Positions 44,888 to 55,083 of a DNA stretch of 64,000 nucleotides are shown here, in pieces. Source of the stretch: Escherichia phage C6; sequence record MW679410.1. The stretch is one strand, 5' to 3'. Every line of letters begins with the position of its first letter. Within the stretch, counting starts at the first letter, position 1. Position numbers and translations under genes: made by a program. The notes beneath the pieces are model-generated. The model had not been told where the DNA came from. It saw only the letters and a program-made list of their open reading frames with translations, and ran no database searches.

Positions 44888-44895
44888 TATTTATA
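44888..44895 (-). promoter_or_regulatory. T4 late promoter TATAAATA for genes 4-2-3 (divergent)
   Basis: Plus-strand TATTTATA, i.e. TATAAATA on minus, upstream of gene 4 start at 44861. Confidence 0.6.
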
Positions 44896-44907
44896 CTCGG
44901 AGGCCCT

Positions 44908-45510
44908 ATGCTCTTCTCATTTTTCGATCCTATCGATTACGAATCAAAAACAGTCAAGCCGGATTCGGGCTCATTAACAAATGCCGATGTACTGAGCGTG
45001 CCGATGACTGATATATTTAGAAATTATAAAGAATATTTTGATAAAGTGGCTAAAAATTATACACTAAAGACTTATTATATCAACGGGGCTCCTCGTCCAG
45101 AAGAATTGGCCAATCAACTTTATGGCAACGTCCAATTATATTGGGTTTTATTGATGTGCAATAATATATATGACCCCTATTACGGCTGGATTACAGGTCA
45201 AGAAGTTGCATATCAAGCGGCAATCCAAAGATATTCTACTGCAGGTGGTAATCAAGTTCTTTATCACGTTAATGAAAAGGGTGAGAAATTCTGGAATCTT
45301 GTTAATACTCCAGAAAACCCGTATACTTGGTATGATAAAGGCGATACAGAAAAACGTTATCCTCAATATGAGGGCCCTTTGGCCGCAGTAGATATTTACG
45401 AGGATGCTATTCGTAAAAATGAATATAAGCGCGAAATAAAGATTGTAGACCCTAATGATATTGAGTCCTTTATTTCTGCCCTTATTCGCGAAATGGAGAA
45501 AGCCCTCTAA
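44908..45510 (+). CDS. 53: Baseplate wedge protein gp53
   Basis: 200 aa; position before gene 5; late promoter. Confidence 0.85.
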   Translation: MLFSFFDPIDYESKTVKPDSGSLTNADVLSVPMTDIFRNYKEYFDKVAKNYTLKTYYINGAPRPEELANQLYGNVQLYWVLLMCNNIYDPYYGWITGQEVAYQAAIQRYSTAGGNQVLYHVNEKGEKFWNLVNTPENPYTWYDKGDTEKRYPQYEGPLAAVDIYEDAIRKNEYKREIKIVDPNDIESFISALIREMEKAL

Positions 45511-47252
45511 TGATTAACATGTCTGATAATGTAAGTTGGTTCGTCGGTGTAGTTGAAGACCGAATGGACCCACTCAAACAGGGCCGCGTGCGTGTACGCG
45601 TATGGGGTATGCATCCCTATGAAAAAGTACAGGGCCCTGTAAAAGGCCTTCGTACAGAAGATTTACCATGGATGTCGGTATTAATGCCTACATCTTCTGC
45701 CTCTGTTTCTGGTATACAAACCGCTATGACTGGTATGGTCCCTGGTACACAAGTTTATGGCCACTTTCTTGATAAATGGAAATTAAACGGGCTTGTCCTT
45801 GGTACATACGGTTCCGCTTCAAAACAAAAAGCAAACCCTAATGAAGGCTTTAGTGACCCAACAGGCCAATATCCGCTTTATTTAGGTAACGATGCCGCTG
45901 CACTAAACCGAGGTGGTGAAGTTGGATATGATGCAACTTCTAACGTAATACAAGATGCAAACACTGATGTAGGTATTAATCCTGATGGTTTAGATTTAAG
46001 TCAAGTCAAGCCTGACGATAATCCTAATTTCACAATAGAAAACATGCTTCATCGTGATGAAGGGCTTAGACTGAAGGTATATTGGGACACTGAAGGATAT
46101 CCTACTATAGGTATAGGTCACCTTATTACGCCACAACCTATTAGAGATATGAACCAGATAAACAAAATATTATCTAATCAGGTAGGTCGAGAAGTTAAAG
46201 GTAACCCTGGTGCAATATCAATGGACGAGGCTTCTAAATTATTCCAAGAAGACCTTAAAAAAGTCCAAAACGATATAGGCAGGCATAGTGTTGTAGGTCC
46301 TGTTTACAATAAAGAAAACCGTTCAAGGCAAATGGCTCTTGAAAACATGGCTTTCCAAATGGGATTAGGTGGATTGGCTAAATTCCGTGGTATGCTCAGT
46401 GCTATGTTAATAGGTGATTATAAAAAGGCATTTGAGGAAGCTCGTAATTCAGTGTGGTTTAACCAAACTAAAGGACGTGCATCAAGGGTGTCAATGATTA
46501 TCCTCACAGGTAACATGGAATCATATGGTATTATGGCCCCTAAAGAAAGGTCATTTAAAGGGCGTTCGTATAGAATGATTCAAACCTTTGCAGCCCCTAC
46601 AAATTCAGACCCTGCCGACCCATGGACTCCAGAAGATACAAGGATTCTTTTTAAAGAACCCGATTCTAGTTATAAAGGCGAATATCCATATGTCCAAACC
46701 ATGCAAACTGAAGGTGGACATGTCCAAGAATTTGATAACACCCCAGGTCAAGAACGTTATCGTTTAATCCATCCAACCGGTAGTTATGAAGAAGTTGCTC
46801 CTGATGGTCGCAAAACTTCTAAGACGGTAGCCGATGGGTATTATATGACCCAAGGCGATTCTAATACTTATGTTGGTGGTAATAATAAAGTCAACATAGG
46901 TGGTGATGAAACCTATTATAATATGGCAAACGTGCGCCGTCAAACTGACGGGTCCGAAAGCATCCATATTCGTGGTAATGAAACCAAAACAGTAGAAGGT
47001 GATGGAACCCTTATTGTTAAAGGAAACGTTACGGTTATTGTCGAGGGTAATGCAGATATAACTGTTAAGGGTGATGCAAAAACACTAGTTGAAGGCAACC
47101 ATGATTATACAGTAAATGGAAACGTTAAATGGTCGGTAAATGGAAACGTTGATATGACTGTTGCAGGCAATTGGTCTGAAACTATGTCAACCATGAGTTC
47201 TATCGCATCAGGTCAATATACTATTGATGGTTCGAGGATTGACATTGGCTAA
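45510..47252 (+). CDS. 5: Baseplate hub and tail lysozyme gp5
   Basis: 580 aa; N-terminus matches recalled T4 gp5; central T4-lysozyme-like domain (EGLRLKVYWDTEGYPTIGIGHLIT); C-terminal beta-helix repeats. Confidence 0.95.
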   Translation: MINMSDNVSWFVGVVEDRMDPLKQGRVRVRVWGMHPYEKVQGPVKGLRTEDLPWMSVLMPTSSASVSGIQTAMTGMVPGTQVYGHFLDKWKLNGLVLGTYGSASKQKANPNEGFSDPTGQYPLYLGNDAAALNRGGEVGYDATSNVIQDANTDVGINPDGLDLSQVKPDDNPNFTIENMLHRDEGLRLKVYWDTEGYPTIGIGHLITPQPIRDMNQINKILSNQVGREVKGNPGAISMDEASKLFQEDLKKVQNDIGRHSVVGPVYNKENRSRQMALENMAFQMGLGGLAKFRGMLSAMLIGDYKKAFEEARNSVWFNQTKGRASRVSMIILTGNMESYGIMAPKERSFKGRSYRMIQTFAAPTNSDPADPWTPEDTRILFKEPDSSYKGEYPYVQTMQTEGGHVQEFDNTPGQERYRLIHPTGSYEEVAPDGRKTSKTVADGYYMTQGDSNTYVGGNNKVNIGGDETYYNMANVRRQTDGSESIHIRGNETKTVEGDGTLIVKGNVTVIVEGNADITVKGDAKTLVEGNHDYTVNGNVKWSVNGNVDMTVAGNWSETMSTMSSIASGQYTIDGSRIDIG

Positions 47253-47286
47253 TATTTTACCTATGAGCACAGATTTAGGAGACTCC

Positions 47287-47784
47287 ATGGAAGGAAGCTC
47301 TATCGATGTTACGTTTACCGCTCAATTAGAAACAAACGAAACATTAGTTGAAATAAATATAACAGAATATGAGCCTACAGAAGGCATTATTGTCGATGGG
47401 GCCCGTTTATATGGAACCTATGAATCAGTATTTGGATTCTCTGAGGATGCATTAAAATACCGATTAAATGATGAATTTAAAACTGCAGGCTCATGGAAAG
47501 ATTTACCAGAGGACAAGAGCACTCAATTATACCTCTGGAAAGCTCCTAGTAATCTCCAGAAGACGTTTTCTTACACAGTCACATTAACCTATGACTTTCA
47601 AGAAGAGTCATCAGGAGGTGATACAGGGAGCTCAGGAGGGAGTAATTCTAGAGCCGGTAACGAAACAGACCCTCCTCCAGCACCTGTAAGAAAAACCCTT
47701 ACTAAGGTTTATACCAAGGTTATAGTGGGTAATTGGAGCAAGTGGGCTTCACAATTAAGAGAATATGTATACGCGAGGCCATAA
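47287..47784 (+). CDS. 5.1: gp5.1
   Basis: Start trimmed to MEGSS with SD AGGAGA; position after gene 5. Confidence 0.6.
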   Translation: MEGSSIDVTFTAQLETNETLVEINITEYEPTEGIIVDGARLYGTYESVFGFSEDALKYRLNDEFKTAGSWKDLPEDKSTQLYLWKAPSNLQKTFSYTVTLTYDFQEESSGGDTGSSGGSNSRAGNETDPPPAPVRKTLTKVYTKVIVGNWSKWASQLREYVYARP

Positions 47785-48077
47785 TGTCAGGCTTAAGTTA
47801 TAACCAATGTATAACAGCAGGTCATGAAGCATGGCCTCCTACAGTAATAAATGCCACCCAAGGTAAAGTATTTACAGGTGGTATTCCTGTATTAGTTGCA
47901 GGAGACCCTATTACAGAACACACAGAAATTAAAAAACCATATGAAACCCACGGTGGGGTAACCCAACCTAGAACATCTAAGGTATATGTTACAGGCAAAA
48001 AGGCTGTCCAGATGGCAGACCCTATTTCATGCGGAGATACAGTCGCACAAGCCTCATCCAAAGTATTCATAAAATAG
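47784..48077 (+). CDS. 5.4: PAAR-repeat spike tip protein gp5.4
   Basis: Start trimmed to MSGLSYNQC (97 aa as T4 gp5.4). Confidence 0.8.
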   Translation: MSGLSYNQCITAGHEAWPPTVINATQGKVFTGGIPVLVAGDPITEHTEIKKPYETHGGVTQPRTSKVYVTGKKAVQMADPISCGDTVAQASSKVFIK

Positions 48078-48085
48078 GAATTAAA

Positions 48086-50044
48086 ATGGCTACTCCTACG
48101 AATTACCAATTAACAAGAACCGTTAACGCTATCCCAAAAGTATTTGTGGGAGCTACGTTTGAAGAAATTAAAAAGAATATTATAGATTGGCTTTCTAGCC
48201 AGGACGAATTTAAGGATTATGATTTCGTTGGTTCTCGAATGAATATCCTTATTGATATGCTTGCTTATAATACCCTTTATATGCAACAGTTTGCTAACAC
48301 CGCGCTCTATGAATCATTTATTGGTACGGCTAACATGCGTTCTTCAGTAGTCCAGGCTGCACAAGATAATGGGTATCTTCCTAGTTCTAAATCAGCGGCA
48401 AAAACCACCGTAATGCTTACGTGTACTCAAGCCCTTAATGAAAAGAATATTCGTATTCCACGTGGTACTAAATTCCTGGCTTATGCTCGTGATACATCCG
48501 CCGATCCATATGCTTTTGTGACCACTGATAACGTTATTGCAGTTCGTGATGTTAATAACCAGTATTGGCCCATTGTTTCTCTGGCTCAAGGACGTATTAT
48601 TCGTACCGAACTTAAATATGACCCTAAAACTCCTATTCTTATTCGTGACCCGGATATTGATAGACAAGAAGTTAAACTTTATGTTGATGGTGCAGAATGG
48701 ATTAACTGGACCAATAAATCAATGGTTCATGCTGGTAGCACCTCGACAATTTACTATATGCGCGAAACCGTAGATGGTAATACTGAATTCTTCTTTGGTG
48801 AGGGTGAAGCCGAGAAATCTGTTGCAGGTGGAGTATTAGAAGCTAATTATATTGGCGGTCTAAAACCTGTTAAAGATTCTACCATTGTTATAGAATACCT
48901 TCGTACAGATGGTGAAGTTGCAAACGGTGCTGTCGACTTCAGTTATGCCGACTCCTTGGCTTATATTACTGTAGAAAAAATTACCGAAAACTATAACGAC
49001 GACCCTGATTATGTTGGCGCCGATGGTGGTGGTGACCCTGAAGATATTGAACGTATTCGCGAGTTGGCTGTAGTTAAGCGCGAAGCCCAGATGCGTGCTG
49101 TAACAGGAACCGACTACGATACATTCGTATCCGAACGTTTTGGTTCTATTGTACAAGCAGTACAAACCTTTACAGACCCAAATAAACCAGGTTATGCTTT
49201 TGTAACCATTAAACCTAAATCAGGGTTGTATTTGACCGCGGTCCAACGTGAAGATATTCAAGACTACCTAAAAGAATTTAACTTGGCCCCTATTACCGCT
49301 TCTGTTATTTCTCCCGATTATTTGTTCTTAAAGCATAAAATTAAGGTTTCGTATGCCTTGAATAAATTACAGGAATCTGAACAGTGGTTATCGGCTCAAA
49401 TTCTTTCTCAGATAGACCGTTATTATATTAACGAAGTAGAAATTTTTAACCATGGATTTGCCAAGTCAAAAATGCTGACTTATATTGATAATGCTGACCA
49501 TAGTATTTTAGGCTCCTCTGCTACCATAACAATGGTTCGTGAAGTATTGAACTTTTTCAAAACCCCTGAATCAGGTATTAAATACTATAATCAATACACT
49601 AACCGTTCTGTGGTTTCTAGTGAATTTGAGTTTGTCCCTACTATCGTTTCTGAAGACAGCCTGGCATATAATGTCAGAATTGCGGCTACAGATAAAGACG
49701 AACGTGGTGATGGTAAAATTGTTATTGGTCCTTTCCGTCCCGGAGATGTAATCGAAAACCAATATATTAAACCATATACAGGAAATGACTTTGATAAAAT
49801 GCCTGCTCCTGCAGACCAATCCGTTTATTACGTTATAGGTGAAATTGATTATTATTCAGATTTCATTTTCTGGGACATTGCGGCTATCGGTTTATCGTCC
49901 GATCGTTTTGAAGTTCAATCTATAGAACTTTATGCGGGACCTGACCAAGACAACATCTTTACCAAAGACGGTTCGTTAATCGTATTTGAAGATGACCTCC
50001 GCCCTCAATACACGACCATTGAATTAGAACCTATTACAATATAA
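48086..50044 (+). CDS. 6: Baseplate wedge protein gp6
   Basis: Start trimmed to MATPTNYQL with SD; about 652 aa versus T4 660 aa; synteny. Confidence 0.9.
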   Translation: MATPTNYQLTRTVNAIPKVFVGATFEEIKKNIIDWLSSQDEFKDYDFVGSRMNILIDMLAYNTLYMQQFANTALYESFIGTANMRSSVVQAAQDNGYLPSSKSAAKTTVMLTCTQALNEKNIRIPRGTKFLAYARDTSADPYAFVTTDNVIAVRDVNNQYWPIVSLAQGRIIRTELKYDPKTPILIRDPDIDRQEVKLYVDGAEWINWTNKSMVHAGSTSTIYYMRETVDGNTEFFFGEGEAEKSVAGGVLEANYIGGLKPVKDSTIVIEYLRTDGEVANGAVDFSYADSLAYITVEKITENYNDDPDYVGADGGGDPEDIERIRELAVVKREAQMRAVTGTDYDTFVSERFGSIVQAVQTFTDPNKPGYAFVTIKPKSGLYLTAVQREDIQDYLKEFNLAPITASVISPDYLFLKHKIKVSYALNKLQESEQWLSAQILSQIDRYYINEVEIFNHGFAKSKMLTYIDNADHSILGSSATITMVREVLNFFKTPESGIKYYNQYTNRSVVSSEFEFVPTIVSEDSLAYNVRIAATDKDERGDGKIVIGPFRPGDVIENQYIKPYTGNDFDKMPAPADQSVYYVIGEIDYYSDFIFWDIAAIGLSSDRFEVQSIELYAGPDQDNIFTKDGSLIVFEDDLRPQYTTIELEPITI

Positions 50045-50072
50045 GCCTCTTAGGAGGCTTTGAGGAGATTTA

Positions 50073-53000
50073 ATGTCTGTGCAAGCGCCTTCCGTTACTA
50101 GTTTGAGAATTGATAAACTCTCGGCTAACCATGTAAGTATTCTTTGGGATGACGTAGGCGCCAATTTCTATTATTTCGTAGAACTGGCCCAAACCAAGGA
50201 TGCGGGTGAATCTATACCCGATGATAAGTTATTTTGGAGAAATTTAGGTTACACCCCGAACAATAACTGGTTCGAAGAAAGATTTATTTCTCCTAATTCG
50301 TTTTATAAAATGCGTGTCGCTGTAGCTGCTCAAGGATTTGAACAATCCGACTGGGTTTATACAGAAGAATTCGAGACATTTTCTACTAACGCATATACCT
50401 TCGAGCATATGCGTGAATTCACTTTATCCAATAAATTCATTGAAGAAAAATTTACCAAAAATAACCAGAGTTACGTGGATTTTAATAGTGATGCCATTAT
50501 GGCTTCTATGATGACCGAAGATTTTACTTGGACTCCGGCATATTCACACCTTTCTTCAATTTCCAATTATGTATTAAAAGCCGACCGCTTCCACGAGATT
50601 CAAGGAAGTATCCAAGCTGTTTGTAAAGACCCTAATCGTTCTATTTTAATGGAGCTTGGTGGCGTACTTTACCTTTTAGAAAGATTCCAGAACACTGCTA
50701 AGGTATCTAACGATAAGGCCCAGAACTGGCATTATATCCGTTTGTTTAATGATAGAGTAGGTAATCCGGTTTCACGTACGGCTCATTATCAAACAGACAC
50801 GACAACTTATGTTCTAGGTTATGACCGTATATTTTACGGACGTAAATCAAGTGATATTCGTTGGTCTGCTGATGATGTACGATTTAGCTCACAAGACGTG
50901 ACATTTGCCAAAATTGGTAGTGATATCGACCTGGACTTTGAAATCGAAATTTTCGGTTCTTATGCTCGTTTACCATTAGCTATTTCTACTATCGCAGAAG
51001 CTATGTGCGCTTCGGATGATTTTATTTACGTTGCTGCTCGTGACAGAGTTTATAAAGCAAAAACTACTGATGCCCCTATTGATACCGACCCGGGTTCTCC
51101 TACTTATGGTGAAAAAATATTTGAAAGCGGATATTCGACAATAACCGGTAATCCTAAAGCAGTTTGTTATAAATTGGATTCTATCCAAGGAAATACCTTT
51201 GCCTTAATTACGGGTGAAGTTAAAGAAGAAAGAATGGACCCTACTAAAGAAGAAAACGTGGTTGATTCCGAATCTAAAGGTGTTTATTGGTTGGATGTCG
51301 AAACTGATACATGGACCCGAGTATTTGGTAATACTGAAGAAGAGAGACGTCGTATTGAGCATGGTTATACTAGCATGTCTACCGATGGCGAAGAAATATT
51401 CTTTAGCTCAAGTAACTTCAAATATGAAGTAGAAGTTGATAACGAATTACCTTTGGAATACCCTATTATGGCTTCAGCGGTAAAATACGTTAAGGACGAA
51501 CAGTGGATTCACGATAAACATTATCTGATGATGAGCTTTAGAGCTAACAGTAAGTCAGATTTTAAAGAATTCAAACCTGGTCGAATGGCCTATTATGCTG
51601 AACCATTCTTTAGTTGGTCTAGACGTGACGGGACCCGTTCTTGGATTACCACAAGTAATCATGCAATGGTTGTTTATAATGATGCCTTGTATCAGAAAAT
51701 TATTGATTTAAACAGTGGTTCTTCTCCTGAACGTATTATTCGTGAAATTTGGGATAAAGGCTTTTGTACCGTAACATGTCCTAACATCGAATTCAATGGG
51801 TTTAAAAAATACTCTTCAGGTATAATGATTCACAAATCATCGGGTGAATTGGTTGGATATTTCGAGTTCGACTACCGAGTTCGAGATGAAGTTAGAATAA
51901 TCTGGAAGCCTAAAGAAATAATGTTTACGGCTGAACTTCAAAACCAAGAGCATGAAATTCCATGGACCCCTAAAGAGGAAACCGGCGAACAAGACCCAGA
52001 TTTGCGTCCTTTATTGGTTAAAATGGTTCCTGATAGTTATTTGCTTCAAGATTCTAACTTTGAAAAATTCTGCGAATATTACCTCCAGTTTATTAGTGAT
52101 GGCTCCGGCACTCATTATAATAATCTATTAAATCTTATTCGTAACCAATACCCTAGAGAAGAAGATGCGTGGGAATACTTATGGTCTGAAATCTATAAAC
52201 GCAATATCTATTTGTCTAAAGAAAAACGCGACGAAGTAGTTCGTTTCTTCCAAGCAAGACAATCGGATTTCTGGTCTACAAAAGGTACCGAAGCTTCATA
52301 TAAATTCCTGTTTAAATTGCTTTATAACGAAGATGTTGAAATTGACATCGAGTCCAAGAACTCGATTGAATATGATATCATCGTAGAATCCGACAATATC
52401 AGTGAAGATATCGTAGGCCAAACGATTTATACCCCTACAGGAAGAAGTAATGTTACTTATATAGAACGAAATTACAAAGATGGTAAATTGCAATGGCGTT
52501 TAACCATTCACAATCTTTTAGGCCGTTTTATAGTTGGACAAGAGATTAAATCTGAACGCACCTCATTTAAAGGTATGATAGTGCAGGGTGTACGCGGTAA
52601 AGAATTGTTAAGTAACAATATCGATTATATTAACCGTAACCGTTCTTATTATGTTATGACTATTAAATCCAACCTCCCTACTTCTCGATACCGTAATGAC
52701 GTGTTGAGATTTGTCCACCCTGTAGGATTTGGTTTTATAGGTATTACGTTGCTTTCTATGTTTGTTAATGTTGGTTTGACATTAAAGCACACGGAAACCA
52801 TTATTAATATACTTAAGAACTATAAGTGGGACTCAGGTCTTCCGTCCGAGTGGTACGATAGAGTTGCTGTAATCGGATTTGATGGTAATATAGAAAGAGA
52901 CCCTAGAACAGGACTTCCGGTTTATAACGTTGGACCTAAAGCAGGCGAGCCGTTCCCTATTCCTGTTGATTATGATGCAGAAAATGATTTCTCTGTATTC

Positions 53001-53165
53001 CAAGGTCAATTACCTCATGAACGTATTAAAAAGCATAGTCCTTTATTTGACCAAAGTGCAGTAACATTTTCAAAATGGCGTGCTTTAGTTGATGACAGAC
53101 TTAAAGCTGATATTGGAAACCCTAGAGACCCGCAAGACCCAACTCAGGTAAAAATTGATGATTAA
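50073..53165 (+). CDS. 7: Baseplate wedge initiator gp7
   Basis: 1030 aa (T4 gp7 about 1032 aa); synteny. Confidence 0.9.
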   Translation: MSVQAPSVTSLRIDKLSANHVSILWDDVGANFYYFVELAQTKDAGESIPDDKLFWRNLGYTPNNNWFEERFISPNSFYKMRVAVAAQGFEQSDWVYTEEFETFSTNAYTFEHMREFTLSNKFIEEKFTKNNQSYVDFNSDAIMASMMTEDFTWTPAYSHLSSISNYVLKADRFHEIQGSIQAVCKDPNRSILMELGGVLYLLERFQNTAKVSNDKAQNWHYIRLFNDRVGNPVSRTAHYQTDTTTYVLGYDRIFYGRKSSDIRWSADDVRFSSQDVTFAKIGSDIDLDFEIEIFGSYARLPLAISTIAEAMCASDDFIYVAARDRVYKAKTTDAPIDTDPGSPTYGEKIFESGYSTITGNPKAVCYKLDSIQGNTFALITGEVKEERMDPTKEENVVDSESKGVYWLDVETDTWTRVFGNTEEERRRIEHGYTSMSTDGEEIFFSSSNFKYEVEVDNELPLEYPIMASAVKYVKDEQWIHDKHYLMMSFRANSKSDFKEFKPGRMAYYAEPFFSWSRRDGTRSWITTSNHAMVVYNDALYQKIIDLNSGSSPERIIREIWDKGFCTVTCPNIEFNGFKKYSSGIMIHKSSGELVGYFEFDYRVRDEVRIIWKPKEIMFTAELQNQEHEIPWTPKEETGEQDPDLRPLLVKMVPDSYLLQDSNFEKFCEYYLQFISDGSGTHYNNLLNLIRNQYPREEDAWEYLWSEIYKRNIYLSKEKRDEVVRFFQARQSDFWSTKGTEASYKFLFKLLYNEDVEIDIESKNSIEYDIIVESDNISEDIVGQTIYTPTGRSNVTYIERNYKDGKLQWRLTIHNLLGRFIVGQEIKSERTSFKGMIVQGVRGKELLSNNIDYINRNRSYYVMTIKSNLPTSRYRNDVLRFVHPVGFGFIGITLLSMFVNVGLTLKHTETIINILKNYKWDSGLPSEWYDRVAVIGFDGNIERDPRTGLPVYNVGPKAGEPFPIPVDYDAENDFSVFQGQLPHERIKKHSPLFDQSAVTFSKWRALVDDRLKADIGNPRDPQDPTQVKIDD

Positions 53166-54162
53166 TTCAACAGTAATATACCGTTCTATTGTTACTTCTA
53201 AATTTAGAACGGAAAAGATGTATAACTTTTACAGAACAATCGGTGATGGTGAAGACCAGAACACGATGTATGTATCTTTCGGGAGAGCCCAACCATGGGC
53301 TCCTAACGAAAACGACCCAGGCTTTGCACCACCTTATCCTGTAGATGATTCTGAGGGCGTAGAAGACGTCTGGACAAACATGATGGGTTGTGTTAAGGTT
53401 TATAAGAGTATGTTGGATTGTGTTGTTCCTCGCAAAGACTGGGGCGATACCTCTTATCCTAACCCTTTCACTTTCCAAATCGGTGAAATTGTAGTGGCTA
53501 ACAGCCAACCTCAAAACCGTACTGATGTTGGTGCAGGTTGGATGGTTTATCGTTGTGTAGACGTGCCTGAATCAGGAGCATGTTCTATTTTATCTCTTGA
53601 TAACAAAACCGAGTGTATTAAACTTGGCGGTAAATGGACTGCTAACGTTCCTTCAGTTAAAGCTCCAGCAGGACAAGGCGATACGGAAGGTATGGTAGAC
53701 ACTGGTGATGGTTATCTTTGGGAATACCTTTATGAGATTCCACCTGATGTAAGTATCAACCGTTGCACTAATGAATATATTGTGGTTCCATGGCCAGAAG
53801 AAATTGCTGAAGACCCTGAACGTTGGGGATACGAGAATAACCTTACTTGGCAGCAAGATGATTATGGTTTAATTTATCGTATTAAAGGCAATACTATTCG
53901 TTTTAAAGCATTCTTGGATTCAGTTTACTTCCCTGAATTTAGTCTGCCTGGTAACAAAGGGTTTAGACAGCTTTCGATAATTTCTAACCCGTTAGAAGCT
54001 AAAGCTCACCCATCCGATCCGATCATTAAAGCTGAAAAAGAGTACTATGATGTTATAGACCTCTCCCGCCATTCAGGTGAAATGATTTATATGGAAAACC
54101 GTCCTCCGGTTATTCGTTCCATGGACCAAACAGAAGAAATTAACATTATCTTCGAATTCTAA
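53158..54162 (+). CDS. 8: Baseplate wedge protein gp8
   Basis: Start trimmed to second Met (334 aa); extensive identity to recalled T4 gp8. Confidence 0.95.
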   Translation: MINSTVIYRSIVTSKFRTEKMYNFYRTIGDGEDQNTMYVSFGRAQPWAPNENDPGFAPPYPVDDSEGVEDVWTNMMGCVKVYKSMLDCVVPRKDWGDTSYPNPFTFQIGEIVVANSQPQNRTDVGAGWMVYRCVDVPESGACSILSLDNKTECIKLGGKWTANVPSVKAPAGQGDTEGMVDTGDGYLWEYLYEIPPDVSINRCTNEYIVVPWPEEIAEDPERWGYENNLTWQQDDYGLIYRIKGNTIRFKAFLDSVYFPEFSLPGNKGFRQLSIISNPLEAKAHPSDPIIKAEKEYYDVIDLSRHSGEMIYMENRPPVIRSMDQTEEINIIFEF

Positions 54163-54188
54163 TAAGGGCCGCAAGGCCCTTTCGGGGG
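54163..54188 (+). terminator. Hairpin terminator after gene 8
   Basis: AGGGCC-GCAA-GGCCCT followed by TTT. Confidence 0.45.
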
Positions 54189-54196
54189 TATAAATA
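54189..54196 (+). promoter_or_regulatory. T4 late promoter TATAAATA for gene 9
   Basis: Exact TATAAATA about 27 nt upstream of ATG 54223. Confidence 0.7.
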
Positions 54197-54222
54197 CATT
54201 ATATCAATAATGAGGCATACCT

Positions 54223-55083
54223 ATGATTAAGCAAACTGGTAAGTTACTAATTGACGTCGGTGAGATTGGTAATGCCAGCACCGGCGACATCTTATATGAC
54301 GGTGGTGTTAAACTGAACACCGACTTAAACAACATCTATAATACTTTTGGCGACCAACGTAAAACAGCCCTTACAGGCGAAACTACCGGTCAAAAATTAC
54401 ATGCCACTGGATACTATCAAAAATTCGGTGATACTGACCAAGCAGGTTCTGTTGATTTAGGCTCTTTGGTGGATGTCGATGCTTCTACGGGTTCTATAGT
54501 TTTAACAACTGTAAAAGGAGCTGTGGGCGAAGGTATTGAAATAATTAACTCTAATGGAAGTATTTCAGCTACCAACTATCTTGAAATCCGTATATTGGAT
54601 TCGTTTTTGAACCATCCTACATCAAGCTTAAGAATAGTAACTCCTTATACTCGAATTCTTTTATGGTGTGTAAGTGATATAAATGGTATAGCTGTATGGG
54701 ATTATTCTATTGAGAGTATGTTTGGTGACAAACGAGTACCATTAAATAGAACATATAACATTTCTAACGTACCTAGAGATATCCCAGTGGTTTTTTCAGG
54801 TCAATATTCTTTAGTTAAGCTTTTAGTTACGGCAGTAAATGCCAATGAAACCATTTATAAAGCTTCTGAATATCTTTTGTTTATGGATAACCAAGCTAAA
54901 AAAATATATTCTACGGAATACGCTGTTATCCGTCGTGGACAAGCCACTGATGAAGACGAAATTTACAATCTCGATTTTAAATTTGATACATCCAACTATA
55001 TAGTGGCTACGGCATCATCTGAAATCCCTATGAGATTGGCAATTAAAGTCGTAGATACCCAAACTATTGGAGTCCCAGTATAA
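54223..55083 (+). CDS. 9: Baseplate protein gp9 (long tail fibre socket)
   Basis: 286 aa (T4 288 aa); synteny. Confidence 0.9.
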   Translation: MIKQTGKLLIDVGEIGNASTGDILYDGGVKLNTDLNNIYNTFGDQRKTALTGETTGQKLHATGYYQKFGDTDQAGSVDLGSLVDVDASTGSIVLTTVKGAVGEGIEIINSNGSISATNYLEIRILDSFLNHPTSSLRIVTPYTRILLWCVSDINGIAVWDYSIESMFGDKRVPLNRTYNISNVPRDIPVVFSGQYSLVKLLVTAVNANETIYKASEYLLFMDNQAKKIYSTEYAVIRRGQATDEDEIYNLDFKFDTSNYIVATASSEIPMRLAIKVVDTQTIGVPV